This document shows positions 9,794 through 18,123 of a stretch of 64,000 nt of DNA, in pieces. Both the position numbers and the translations under genes were made by a program. The stretch spans positions 856,043-920,042 of the forward strand of contig CAWCOW010000003.1 of NCBI GenBank assembly GCA_963797305.1, written 5' to 3'. This DNA is from an uncultured Alphaproteobacteria bacterium (lineage in GTDB: Bacteria > Pseudomonadota > Alphaproteobacteria > Acetobacterales > Acetobacteraceae). Each line of letters begins with the position of its first letter. Within the stretch, counting starts at the first letter, position 1. Under the pieces are notes generated by a model. It searched no databases. It saw only the letters and a program-made list of their open reading frames with translations, and was not told the origin of the DNA.

Positions 9794-10318
9794 ATGGCCG
9801 ATGGCTTCATCATCGCCAACTTTCGCACTGTGGCGCACGGCCCGCAGGAGGGGCAGTTCGCCGTCGGCGAAAAGCGCCGGGCGGCCAGCCTGGACGATCT
9901 GCCGCCGATCTACCGGCAATTGCTGGATGAACCGATCACCGTGACCCTGGCCATCACCGGACCGGATGGACGGCCGAGCCTGACCCCGATGTGGTTCGAC
10001 CATGCGGACGGGGAGGTTTTGATCAACACCGCCGCCCACCGCAACAAGTGCCAGTGGATTCGCGACAATCCCGGGCTGACGATCCTGATCGTGAACCCGA
10101 AGAACCCGTATCACTGGGTGCAGATCAAGTGCACGGTCCGCCGCGAACTGCGGGAGTGGGAAGAAGGCGGCGACTATGTCACCCGTCAGGTCGATCGGAT
10201 CTGGACCAAGTATACCGGGCAGCCCGGGCCGTATGGACTGCGCGACCCGAAGATCGACGAAAAGCGGGTGCTGTTCTTCTGCGGGATCGACAAGATCGCG
10301 ACATTCGGCGAGCCGTGA
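9794..10318 (+). CDS. PPOX/split-barrel (F420-dependent-like) oxidoreductase
   Basis: LAITGPDGRPSLTPMWF, INT..HRNK..IRDNP, NPYHWVQI; GGAGGAG RBS. Confidence 0.8.
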   Translation: MADGFIIANFRTVAHGPQEGQFAVGEKRRAASLDDLPPIYRQLLDEPITVTLAITGPDGRPSLTPMWFDHADGEVLINTAAHRNKCQWIRDNPGLTILIVNPKNPYHWVQIKCTVRRELREWEEGGDYVTRQVDRIWTKYTGQPGPYGLRDPKIDEKRVLFFCGIDKIATFGEP

Positions 10319-10405
10319 AGCCCGGCGGGATCGCGCGGTCTTGATCGCGTAGACGAACCCCGGGCATCCTGCGCCGGCACCGATCCCGGGGGGAAACAAT
10401 ACAGC

Positions 10406-12418
10406 ATGGTATGGCCGGGCGCGCAGGAGTTCGTGTTCTCCGTGAAGGCGTTCGCTGCGGCGATGCTGGCGTTCTGGATCGCCTGCGCGCTGAACCTGCC
10501 GCATCCGATGTGGGCCATTTTTACGGTTTACGTCGTGATGCAGCCGATCTCCGGGGCCGTGCGGTCCCGCGCCGTCTATCGGATGATCGGCACCCTCGCG
10601 GGCCTGGCTGTCGCGGTGTTTCTGACGGCGCTGCTCGCGAACCTGCCCGGCGCGCTGTTTCTCTCCATCGGCCTGGCTGCCCTGCTCGGCTTCCTCGGCG
10701 CAATGATCGACCAGACCCCGCGGGGATATACGTATTTGCTGGCCGGCATTACCGCGGCCCTGATCGGGTTGCCCGACGCGCTCGATCCGCTGTCCGGCTT
10801 CACCACCGCTATCGCCCGCACGGAGGAGACGCTGCTTGGTATCGTCTGCGCCACGGTGATCGACAGCATTGTCTTTCCGCACCCCGCTGGAGCAATCCTC
10901 AACGCTCGGGTCGCAGCCTGGCTGGAGCGGGCGCGGACCTACACGCTCCAGGGGCTCCTCGGCGCGGACGGTGCGGATGGCAGCTATCGCGAGCTGAGCC
11001 AACTGGCCGCCGATGCCGCTCAGTTGGACACGCTGGCGTTTCACGTCGCCTACGACATCGTGCCGAACCCGCCGCCCCCCCGGGTGGTCCGGCTGTTGCA
11101 CACGCGCATGCTGCTGCTGATCCGGCTTATGTTCGCCGCCCGGGACTGGGCGCCGCTGATGGCCTCCGGCCCTGCCGCGACGCCCCGCACGCGTCTGGCG
11201 GTGCGGGCGCTCAGTAACTGGGTCAGGGCGTTGCCGGCGGTATCGGCCGAGCAGACCGAGGCGACCCAGCGGACGATCGACGATCTGCGTGAGACGCCGG
11301 ATGCGCCAGCCGGCGCGCCGAGCCTGCTGCAAAGCAGCCTGGCGCTGATGCTGGGCGATCTCATGCTCGGCCACCGGGACTGCGTGGCGTTGCAGCGCGC
11401 GGTGGCCGAGGGCGCGCCGCTGCCAGATCATCTGCGGCTGGCCGCGCGGAGCGAAAAGCTTTCGGCGCCGTATCGCGATCCGCTTCGCGCGCTGCTGGTG
11501 CTGTTGCCGGTTGCGCTCGCCTTCCTTTTGGTCGCCTTGTATTGGACCGCGACCGCTTGGGACGAAGGGCGGGAAGCGTCCATGATGACGTTGGTGGCCG
11601 GGCTGTTTGCCACCATGTCGCCCGAGCCGGCGGAGCAGTTGGCGCGCGTTGCGGTGATCCTGGCCGCGTCCGCCGTCGTGGCCATCGGCTACCAGTTCGC
11701 CGTGCTGCCGGGCGTGAACGAGTTCCCCTTGCTGATAGTCGCGGTTGGACTGTTCCTCGTCCCGGCCGGCGCGTTCATCCCGATCACCGCGGGCACGGGC
11801 GTGATGCTGACCGTCCTGACGACGCTGATGATGAGCCTGCAGCCGGAGTATGATGCTCAATTCCACAGCGTGGTCGATGGCGCGCTCGGCGCGCTGGCGG
11901 GGGTGACCGCCGCGGCCGTGCTCGCGCGCATCACCCTGGCCCCCGGTTCGGCCTGGACCGCGCGGCATCTGCTGCGCGCCGGATGGTCGGACCTGGCTTC
12001 CATCGCGGCGCGGCGCTGGCATTCCGGGCGGGCGGCCTATGCCCTACGGGCGCTCGATCGCTTCACGGCCCTGGCGCCGCGGCTGAATGCGCCACGGCAT
12101 GAGCAGGACCTCTCGACGGCCGCGCTGCTGGGCGAGTTGCGCATCGGCCTGAACCTGCTGCGGCTGCGGGAGGATGACGCAACGCTGCCCGCCCCCGCCC
12201 GCGACGCGATCGACGCGATGCGGGCCGCGCTTGCGCGGTATTTCGACGCGCGCCGCCGCAACCGGCCGATCGGCCTTGATGAACTGCGCGAGGCGGCTGC
12301 AGCGGCGATGGCTGCCACGGCGGCGGCGATCCCCGCGGCAGGTGCTCAGGCGGCATGGTTTCATCTGGCCGGGGTGCAGCGGTCGCTGTTCGGGTCCGAG
12401 GTCGCGCATGCGCGGTGA
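10406..12418 (+). CDS. FUSC family (fusaric acid resistance/AaeB-like) membrane protein
   Basis: FSVKAFAAAMLAFWIA, PMWAIFTVYVVMQP.SGAV.SRA.YRMIGTL; multiple TM segments. Confidence 0.9.
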   Translation: MVWPGAQEFVFSVKAFAAAMLAFWIACALNLPHPMWAIFTVYVVMQPISGAVRSRAVYRMIGTLAGLAVAVFLTALLANLPGALFLSIGLAALLGFLGAMIDQTPRGYTYLLAGITAALIGLPDALDPLSGFTTAIARTEETLLGIVCATVIDSIVFPHPAGAILNARVAAWLERARTYTLQGLLGADGADGSYRELSQLAADAAQLDTLAFHVAYDIVPNPPPPRVVRLLHTRMLLLIRLMFAARDWAPLMASGPAATPRTRLAVRALSNWVRALPAVSAEQTEATQRTIDDLRETPDAPAGAPSLLQSSLALMLGDLMLGHRDCVALQRAVAEGAPLPDHLRLAARSEKLSAPYRDPLRALLVLLPVALAFLLVALYWTATAWDEGREASMMTLVAGLFATMSPEPAEQLARVAVILAASAVVAIGYQFAVLPGVNEFPLLIVAVGLFLVPAGAFIPITAGTGVMLTVLTTLMMSLQPEYDAQFHSVVDGALGALAGVTAAAVLARITLAPGSAWTARHLLRAGWSDLASIAARRWHSGRAAYALRALDRFTALAPRLNAPRHEQDLSTAALLGELRIGLNLLRLREDDATLPAPARDAIDAMRAALARYFDARRRNRPIGLDELREAAAAAMAATAAAIPAAGAQAAWFHLAGVQRSLFGSEVAHAR

Positions 12419-12641
12419 GTTCGACCTGTGCGGGGTTTATCTGCCGCCGCTGTTGCCCGCCATCGCGGTCGCCTGGGTACTGACCGCACTGCTGTTGCGG
12501 GGATTGAACGCCGTCGGCTTCTACCGCCTCGTCTGGCACCGGCCGCTGGTCAATCTGGCGCTGTTCGTCCTGGTGCTGGGCGGAACGGTGTTCGGGCTGG
12601 ACGCGGCGTTGCCGGCGCTGCGCGGGGTGCTCCCGTCATGA
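12408..12641 (+). CDS. DUF1656 (AaeX-like) small membrane protein
   Basis: MRGEFDLCGVYLPPLL..FYRLVWHRPLVNLALFV; overlaps both neighbours. Confidence 0.88.
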   Translation: MRGEFDLCGVYLPPLLPAIAVAWVLTALLLRGLNAVGFYRLVWHRPLVNLALFVLVLGGTVFGLDAALPALRGVLPS

Positions 12642-13513
12642 GAGACGAATTGCCGGTGCTGCGCCGCGTCGCCGTGACCGTGCTGCTGGTGGCTGTTGCC
12701 GCGTTCGCCGGCTGGCGGATGTGGATCTACTACCTGGAGGAACCCTGGACGCGCGACGGCATCCTGCGAGCCGATGTCGTCGGCGTGGCGGCCGACGTAT
12801 CCGGGCCGGTGGTGGAGGTGTTCGTCCACGACACGCAGGCGGTGCGGAAGGGCGACGTGTTGTTCCGCATCGATCCGTCCCGCTTCACCCTGGCTCTGCA
12901 GCAAGCGAGGGCGGACGCCGAACGCAAGCAGGCTGTCTTCGCCGAAAGCGACCGTGAGGCACGGCGCCTTTTGAACCTGACCGACATCGCGGTATCGCGT
13001 GAACAGCAGCAGCAGGCATCGGCGCTGGCGATAGAGGCCGCGGCCGACTATCAGCAGGCGCTGGCCGCGCGCGATGTCGCGCAACTGAACCTGGACCGGT
13101 CGCATGTGCGGGCTTCGGTGAACGGTGTGCTGACCAATTTCTACTTGCGGCCGGGCGACTACGTGACTGCCTCGCAACCGATTGCCGCGCTGGTCGATAC
13201 CGACTCGTTTTACGTCGATGGCTACTTTGAGGAAACCAAGCTGCCGCGCATCCATACGGGCGATCGTGCTCGAATCGAACTGATGGGCACACGCGAGGTC
13301 CTGACCGGCGAGGTGATGGGGATCGCCGGCGGCGTTTTCGACCGCCAACGCGCTGTCGGTCGCGATCTGCTGCCTAACATTACCCCAACCTTTACCTGGG
13401 TGCGACTTGCGCAGCGCATCCCCGTGCGGGTGAGTCTGGAGTTCGTGCCGCCTTCGGTGCGTCTCGTCGCCGGGCGAACCGCGACAGTAACGATCTTGCC
13501 GCCGGCACAGTGA
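12638..13513 (+). CDS. HlyD/AaeA family efflux periplasmic adaptor
   Basis: PWTRDG..ADVV.VAADVSG, VRKGDVLFRID, VRASVNG, GYFEETKL, TFTWVRLAQRIPVRV. Confidence 0.92.
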   Translation: MRDELPVLRRVAVTVLLVAVAAFAGWRMWIYYLEEPWTRDGILRADVVGVAADVSGPVVEVFVHDTQAVRKGDVLFRIDPSRFTLALQQARADAERKQAVFAESDREARRLLNLTDIAVSREQQQQASALAIEAAADYQQALAARDVAQLNLDRSHVRASVNGVLTNFYLRPGDYVTASQPIAALVDTDSFYVDGYFEETKLPRIHTGDRARIELMGTREVLTGEVMGIAGGVFDRQRAVGRDLLPNITPTFTWVRLAQRIPVRVSLEFVPPSVRLVAGRTATVTILPPAQ

Positions 13514-13526
13514 GCACGGCTCCTTC

Positions 13527-13606
13527 ATCGTCATGGCCCGGCTTGTCCGGGCCACCGGCCAGCATCTGCCGCGACGGGTGGCCCGGACAAGCCGGGCCAT
13601 GACGAT
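13527..13606. repeat. REPIN-like palindromic element, copy 2
   Basis: 30-bp inverted repeat ATCGTCATGGCCCGGCTTGTCCGGGCCACC / GGTGGCCCGGACAAGCCGGGCCATGACGAT between convergent hlyD-like and motA genes. Confidence 0.9.
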
Positions 13607-13674
13607 AATGACAAGATTTCCCGGCCATCCGCGCCATCAAGGGCACCAGGCCCGGCAAGCGCATTCGGCAGCCA

Positions 13675-14538
13675 TCAAATATCCAGCGACTGCACCGCCT
13701 CCTCCAGTTCCTGGAACGAGGGCATGTGCTCGTTCGGCACCATCTTGCGGCCGGCTTCCACGCTCACCTGCGGCGCGTTGCCGTGCAGATGGGTCACCAG
13801 CACCGCGCGGATGACCTCGAGGTATTTGGCCTCCTCCTCCACGATGCCCTTGATGCGGATGGCAAACGGGCCGACCATGCCGTAGGCCAGCAGGACCCCG
13901 AGAAACGTGCCGACCAGCGCGCCGCCGATCATCGCACCCAGCACCGCCGGCGGCTGGTCGATGTGGGACATCGTCTTGATCACGCCCAGCACCGCCGCGA
14001 CGATCCCCAGCGCCGGCAACGCATCGGCCATCGTCTGCAAGGCGTGCGCCGGATGCAGTTCCTCGTTCAGGGTCTTTTTCAGCTCCCGCGCCATCACGTC
14101 CTCGATCTGGTTCGGGTCGTCGGCGTTCATGCCGACCATGCGCAGGTAGTCGCAGATCACGGTGCTGGCGTGATGGTTGTGCAGGATCTTCGGGAATTTC
14201 TGGAACGCCTTGCTGTCCTCCGGCTTCTCGATATGCGGCTCCAGCGCCATGGCGCCCTTGGTGCTGGCGAGGCGGACGAGGAAATACAGCAGGCTCAGCA
14301 ATTCGACGTAGTCCTGCTTCTTGAACGCCGCGCCTTTGATGGCTTTGCCGAGCCCGCCGAGCGTGTGCTTCACGTCGTGCATGCTGTTGGCCATCAGGAA
14401 CGTGCCGATCGCCGCGCCGCCGATGGTCCACATCTCGAACGGCACGGCCTCGATCAGCGGCCCCATGCTGCCGCCGGACGCCAGGTAGCTGCCGAACACG
14501 CAGCCGAACAGCAGGACCAGGCCGCCGATGACCAGCAT
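13675..14538 (-). CDS. motA: Flagellar motor stator protein MotA
   Basis: TIGGAAIGTF, KG.MALEPHIEKP, ADALPALGIVAAVLGVIKTM, IGGALVGTFLGVLLAYG, VSVEAGRK. Confidence 0.96.
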   Translation of the reverse strand: MLVIGGLVLLFGCVFGSYLASGGSMGPLIEAVPFEMWTIGGAAIGTFLMANSMHDVKHTLGGLGKAIKGAAFKKQDYVELLSLLYFLVRLASTKGAMALEPHIEKPEDSKAFQKFPKILHNHHASTVICDYLRMVGMNADDPNQIEDVMARELKKTLNEELHPAHALQTMADALPALGIVAAVLGVIKTMSHIDQPPAVLGAMIGGALVGTFLGVLLAYGMVGPFAIRIKGIVEEEAKYLEVIRAVLVTHLHGNAPQVSVEAGRKMVPNEHMPSFQELEEAVQSLDI

Positions 14539-14541
14539 GGA

Positions 14542-15641
14542 TCAGGGCTGCGCAGCCGCCGTGGCTGGAGCCGCCGCCGCGGGTGGCGGATCGCGCAGCA
14601 CCAGGATGGCGATCCGCCGGTTGGCCGCCGCCAGCGGATCGGCCGGCAGCAGCGGATCGCGGTCCGCGCAGTCCGGTCACCGAGTGGATGCGCGTCTCCG
14701 GCAGCCCGTCATCCACCAGCAGCCGGCGCGTCGCGTTGGCCCGCTCGGCCGACAATTCCCAGTTGGTGCGTTCCGGTCCCGGGAACGGCGCGGCGTCGGT
14801 GTGGCCGGCGATCGAAATCGGCTGGCTCAGCTTCATCAGCACCGGCACGATCTTCTGCATCAGCAGCTTGACCCGATCGTTCGGCGTAGCCGAACCCGAG
14901 GGGAACATCGGCAGCTTGACCTCGTCCATGATCTGGATGCGCAGGCCCTCCGGCGTCATGTCGATCGCCAATTGCTTGGCCAGATCGGCCAGCGCGGGGT
15001 CGCTGCCGACGGCGTCCTTGATCTGCTGCGCCGCCTGCTCGAACGCCGCCTTCTGCTGCTTCTCCCGTTGCGCGGCGATTTCCGCGTCGGTCGGGACGCG
15101 GCTGCCGTGCGTGGCGCCCTCCCGCTGCACGGCGGCTGCGCCGCCCGGGCCGGGCGCCGGGCGAGTCGCCGCCTGGCCGAGCGGCTTGTCGTCGTCCTCA
15201 TCGTCGGCGTCCTGATCGTCGGCCAACGGGCCAGCGCCCACGCCGTCGCCGGACTTGGCGCGATGGTAGTCGGTGATGACCGTCTCGTTGCCGTCCTCGG
15301 TCTTCTCGACCGGCGGCCGCGCGCCGACGGTGACCTGCACGGCGCCGCGATCCGACACCATGGCGCCCTAGTCGAGGGCGGTAGTGGCCGCCGAACGGCT
15401 CGCCGGTGCCGGACGAGGTGTGCGACAGCACGTTGTTGGGGCTGAAATAGTCGGCGAGGCCCCTGCGCTGGTCCTCGGTGGTGGCGTTCAGCAGCCACAT
15501 CAGCAGGAAGAACGCCATCATGGCGGTGACGAAATCGGCGTACGCCACCTTCCAGGCGCCGCCGTGGTGGCCGCCCTCGACGATCTCCTCCCGCTTGATG
15601 ATGATGGTACCGCCCGCCTTCTTGTCCCGCTTACCTGCCAT
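14542..15641 (-). pseudogene. motB: MotB stator subunit with two +1 frameshifts (pseudogene or sequence error)
   Basis: N-terminus HGGAWKVAYADFVTAMMAFFLLMWLL is in the frame of ATG 15641. The middle (TPEGLRIQI, ISIAGHTDA, NWELSAERANATRR) is shifted by +1 near 15361-15385. The C-terminus (ADRDPLLPADPLAAANRRIAILVL, TGA 14544-14542) is shifted +1 again near 14668. Length is 1100 = 366 codons + 2 nt. Confidence 0.88.
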
Positions 15642-15723
15642 CGCTGCCCTCCGTCGGCGCGGAGGTATGACAGCAAATCGTTAACGCTTTCCTAACCGGC
15701 GATCACGGAATGAAGCGGCGGAG

Positions 15724-16362
15724 CTATCCCGCCGAAACCCCGAGCAGGCCGGCGCGCACCTCCTCGGACGGCGGCCGGGCGCCGATGAAGCCTTCGATGA
15801 TCATGTTGCCGAGACGGTCGCCCGAGAAAGCGATGACCTCGCGCCCGTTGAAGACGACCCGGAAGCTCTTGTCGGTCACGATATAAAGAGTGAGGTCGCC
15901 GTCGTTGACCGGCTCCGCGGAGGCGACAAGCCTCTCGAAATCCGCCTGCAGCGAGGCATCGCAGCCGCCGCCGCCGCAATTGACCTTCTCGCCCTCGCGG
16001 TAGCGGTCCTGCACTTGTGATTTTGATCCGCTATGAATGTGATGGAGCGCGATCACCTTCGGCCCGGGTGAGGCGAGGATGGCACGGGCGTCGGAGCTCT
16101 TTCTCGGCAAATAGAGCGCGGCCACGTAGATCCTGACCTTGAGGAAGGTCAGGGTGCGAAGGCCGACGCCGTTCAGCACGAGCGTGCGGCCGTCGATCCG
16201 CAGCGTGTCCGGCACGTCCACGCCGGCCAGCACCGCCGCGCCGGCTAACGGTGCGATGCACAGCGATGCGGTCAGAAGCAGGGCAGCCAGCAAGAGCGGG
16301 CGGCGGCGCGATATGTTGAGCAAAACAGGGCTGGAACGAGTGTCATGAGTCGGCGCGATCAT
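15724..16362 (-). CDS. Chalcone isomerase-like exported protein
   Basis: AAGGAGG RBS; signal-like N-terminus; LVLNGVGLRT, VRIYVAALYL, FIG..PPSEEVRAGLLG. Confidence 0.85.
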   Translation of the reverse strand: MIAPTHDTRSSPVLLNISRRRPLLLAALLLTASLCIAPLAGAAVLAGVDVPDTLRIDGRTLVLNGVGLRTLTFLKVRIYVAALYLPRKSSDARAILASPGPKVIALHHIHSGSKSQVQDRYREGEKVNCGGGGCDASLQADFERLVASAEPVNDGDLTLYIVTDKSFRVVFNGREVIAFSGDRLGNMIIEGFIGARPPSEEVRAGLLGVSAG

Positions 16363-16803
16363 GGTTTTCTTCCTCCTTCATGCCGACCTGTTTTTGTTAA
16401 CAGCATAGAACGCTATGTGACGCTGCGCGGCATGCAATGGTGCCAGCGATTACAGACTGTCTATTGCACGGTCGCAAGACAGCATCTGACACGTGCGCCG
16501 GCCGCGCATCCCGATCGCGGACCGGCACGCCGATTAGCGGCGGTGCCTGACCGCGGTTGGGCCTGGCGCGTAGGTTGGGCTTGGGTCTTTTTAGCGCAGA
16601 GGCCCTGGCGCGAGCCTCAGGCCGCGACCGAATGAGGCTCGGCGCACCCTCCTCTTGATCGGCCGCGCACTTGAATTGCAGGACCTTCATCAGGCGACGG
16701 CCTGACTCGCCCCCGCATGCCTGTCCCCAATGCCGCGTGAAGCCGCCGGGCGCTGCTAAGGCGACGCCCAAAATTTCCGCCTCAGGAAGGCCGCTTCCTC
16801 AAA

Positions 16804-16881
16804 CGTCATCGCCCGGCTCGTCCGGGCCACCTGTCGCGGCACCGTGCGGCGGGGGTGGCCCGGACAAGCCGGGGCATGACG
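16804..16881. repeat. REPIN-like palindromic element, copy 3 (inside a ~170-bp shell, 16757-16927)
   Basis: CGTCATCGCCCGGCTCGTCCGGGCCACC / GGTGGCCCGGACAAGCCGGGGCATGACG; spacer is inverted relative to copy 1. Confidence 0.88.
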
Positions 16882-16923
16882 GAAGCGGGACGGCCCCCCA
16901 ATTCGCTTATTCTTGGGCGCCGC

Positions 16924-17517
16924 CTAACGAGCCTTGGCGGCGGCGAGTTCCTTGCGCAGCCGCTCGATCTCCGACCGAAGCGCCTCGATTTCCAATTCGT
17001 GCTCGTTGGATGGATTGGTGGGCTCGGTCCCGCGATAGAACGGGGTGAACATGCTGAAGGCGCGCTCCATCATCGCCATGTTCTGGCGGCCGACCTCCTC
17101 GATGTTGCCGAAGGGAAACAGAGTACCCATCGTCTTTTGCATCGCAGTGCGGATCTGCTCCTGCTGCTCGGCGAAAGATGTCATCGCATGTTCAAGGTAC
17201 TTCGGCACCAGCCCTTGCATGGAGCCGCCATACAGGCCGATGAGCTGGCGCAGGAAGTTGGTGGGCAACAGGTTTTGACCCTTGCCCTCTTCCTCGACGA
17301 TGATCTGGGTCAGCACGCCGCGGGTGATGTCGTCGCCGCTTTTGGCATCGTAGACGACAAAGTCCCGCCCCTGCCGAACCATGTCGGCGAGGTTGTCCAA
17401 GGTGATGTAGCTGGAACTTTCCGTGTTGTACAAGCGCCGGTTCGCATACTTCTTGACTACAACCGGGGGTTTATCGCTGGCCGCTATCTCCGTGATGGTC
17501 TCAACCGGAACAGACAT
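16924..17517 (-). CDS. phaR: Polyhydroxyalkanoate synthesis repressor PhaR
   Basis: VKKYANRRLYNTESSSYITLDNLADMVRQG.DFVVYDAKSGDDITR.VLTQIIVEEE; GAGG RBS before ATG 17517. Confidence 0.97.
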   Translation of the reverse strand: MSVPVETITEIAASDKPPVVVKKYANRRLYNTESSSYITLDNLADMVRQGRDFVVYDAKSGDDITRGVLTQIIVEEEGKGQNLLPTNFLRQLIGLYGGSMQGLVPKYLEHAMTSFAEQQEQIRTAMQKTMGTLFPFGNIEEVGRQNMAMMERAFSMFTPFYRGTEPTNPSNEHELEIEALRSEIERLRKELAAAKAR

Positions 17518-17667
17518 GCACACCTCGCTTTGGCTGGCCTATCTAACGCTTATCTCGCAGTTGCGATAGACTGATTCCGTACGCCGAATCGCGCTGGCGC
17601 GGCGGTTTGACGTTTCGCCGCCGAGCCGTCGCGCCTATGGTCCGGCCGCCAGGAGGGTGAATGACGC

Positions 17668-18123
17668 ATGGGGGTCGACCCCGGTTTGAACAACGCCGGA
17701 CGCGACGGGGAGCGCTGGGATTCGGCCGGACAGTCGAGCCTTGGCGGGGGCACGTCCCGTGCCCGCGGGCTGGCGCAGGACTGGATCACCCTGTGGCAGA
17801 GCGAGATCAGCGCCATGGCGGCCGATCCGGAGATGCGCGAGACATGGCAGACCCTGATGGCGCTGTGGGCCGGCACGATGGCGGCATCGCTGCGCGCCAT
17901 TCCGGCCGAGCGAGGCCCGGCCCGGCATGACCACGCGGGCCGACGCGCCGGGGCCGCTGATGCGCCGGGGACCGCGCCCGCTGCTGCTGCACCTGACCCT
18001 CGCGATGCTGAGATCGAACGTCTCGCGCGCCACGTCGCCGCTTTGGAACGCCGGCTGGCCGACATCGAACGTGGCGGAGGTCCTTCAGTCGATCCAAAGC
18101 GCCGTCCGCGACGGAAACCTTGA
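17668..18123 (+). CDS. Hypothetical protein overlapping phaC (possible PhaE-like partner)
   Basis: 151 aa: amphipathic LAQDWITLWQSEISAMAADPE helix, Ala/Pro linker, coiled-coil RDAEIERLARHVAALERRLADIE, basic tail. Start codon uncertain. Confidence 0.6.
   Translation: MGVDPGLNNAGRDGERWDSAGQSSLGGGTSRARGLAQDWITLWQSEISAMAADPEMRETWQTLMALWAGTMAASLRAIPAERGPARHDHAGRRAGAADAPGTAPAAAAPDPRDAEIERLARHVAALERRLADIERGGGPSVDPKRRPRRKP

Noticed and set aside
10406-13513. FUSC-DUF1656-HlyD trio lacking an outer-membrane factor as a novelty
   Set aside because: This is the ordinary AaeXAB-like layout, and OMF partners are often encoded elsewhere.
13533-13814. Recurrent peptide MARLVRAT...VARTSRAMT in several ORFs (5740, 12521, 13533, 16855, 58070, 58163)
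   Set aside because: It is simply the translation of the palindromic REPIN, not a repeated protein domain or RiPP precursor.
13637-15361. 574-aa ORF that looks like a MotB fusion
   Set aside because: It is an artefact of the second motB frameshift. After IHSVTG it runs off-frame across motA, and the real MotB C-terminus is in the next frame.
16570-16790. 6S RNA or other housekeeping ncRNA in the phaR-proximal gap
   Set aside because: I recognised no conserved 6S, RNase P, SRP or tmRNA motif, and part of the apparent pairing comes from the repeat shell. It is kept only as a weak sRNA candidate.
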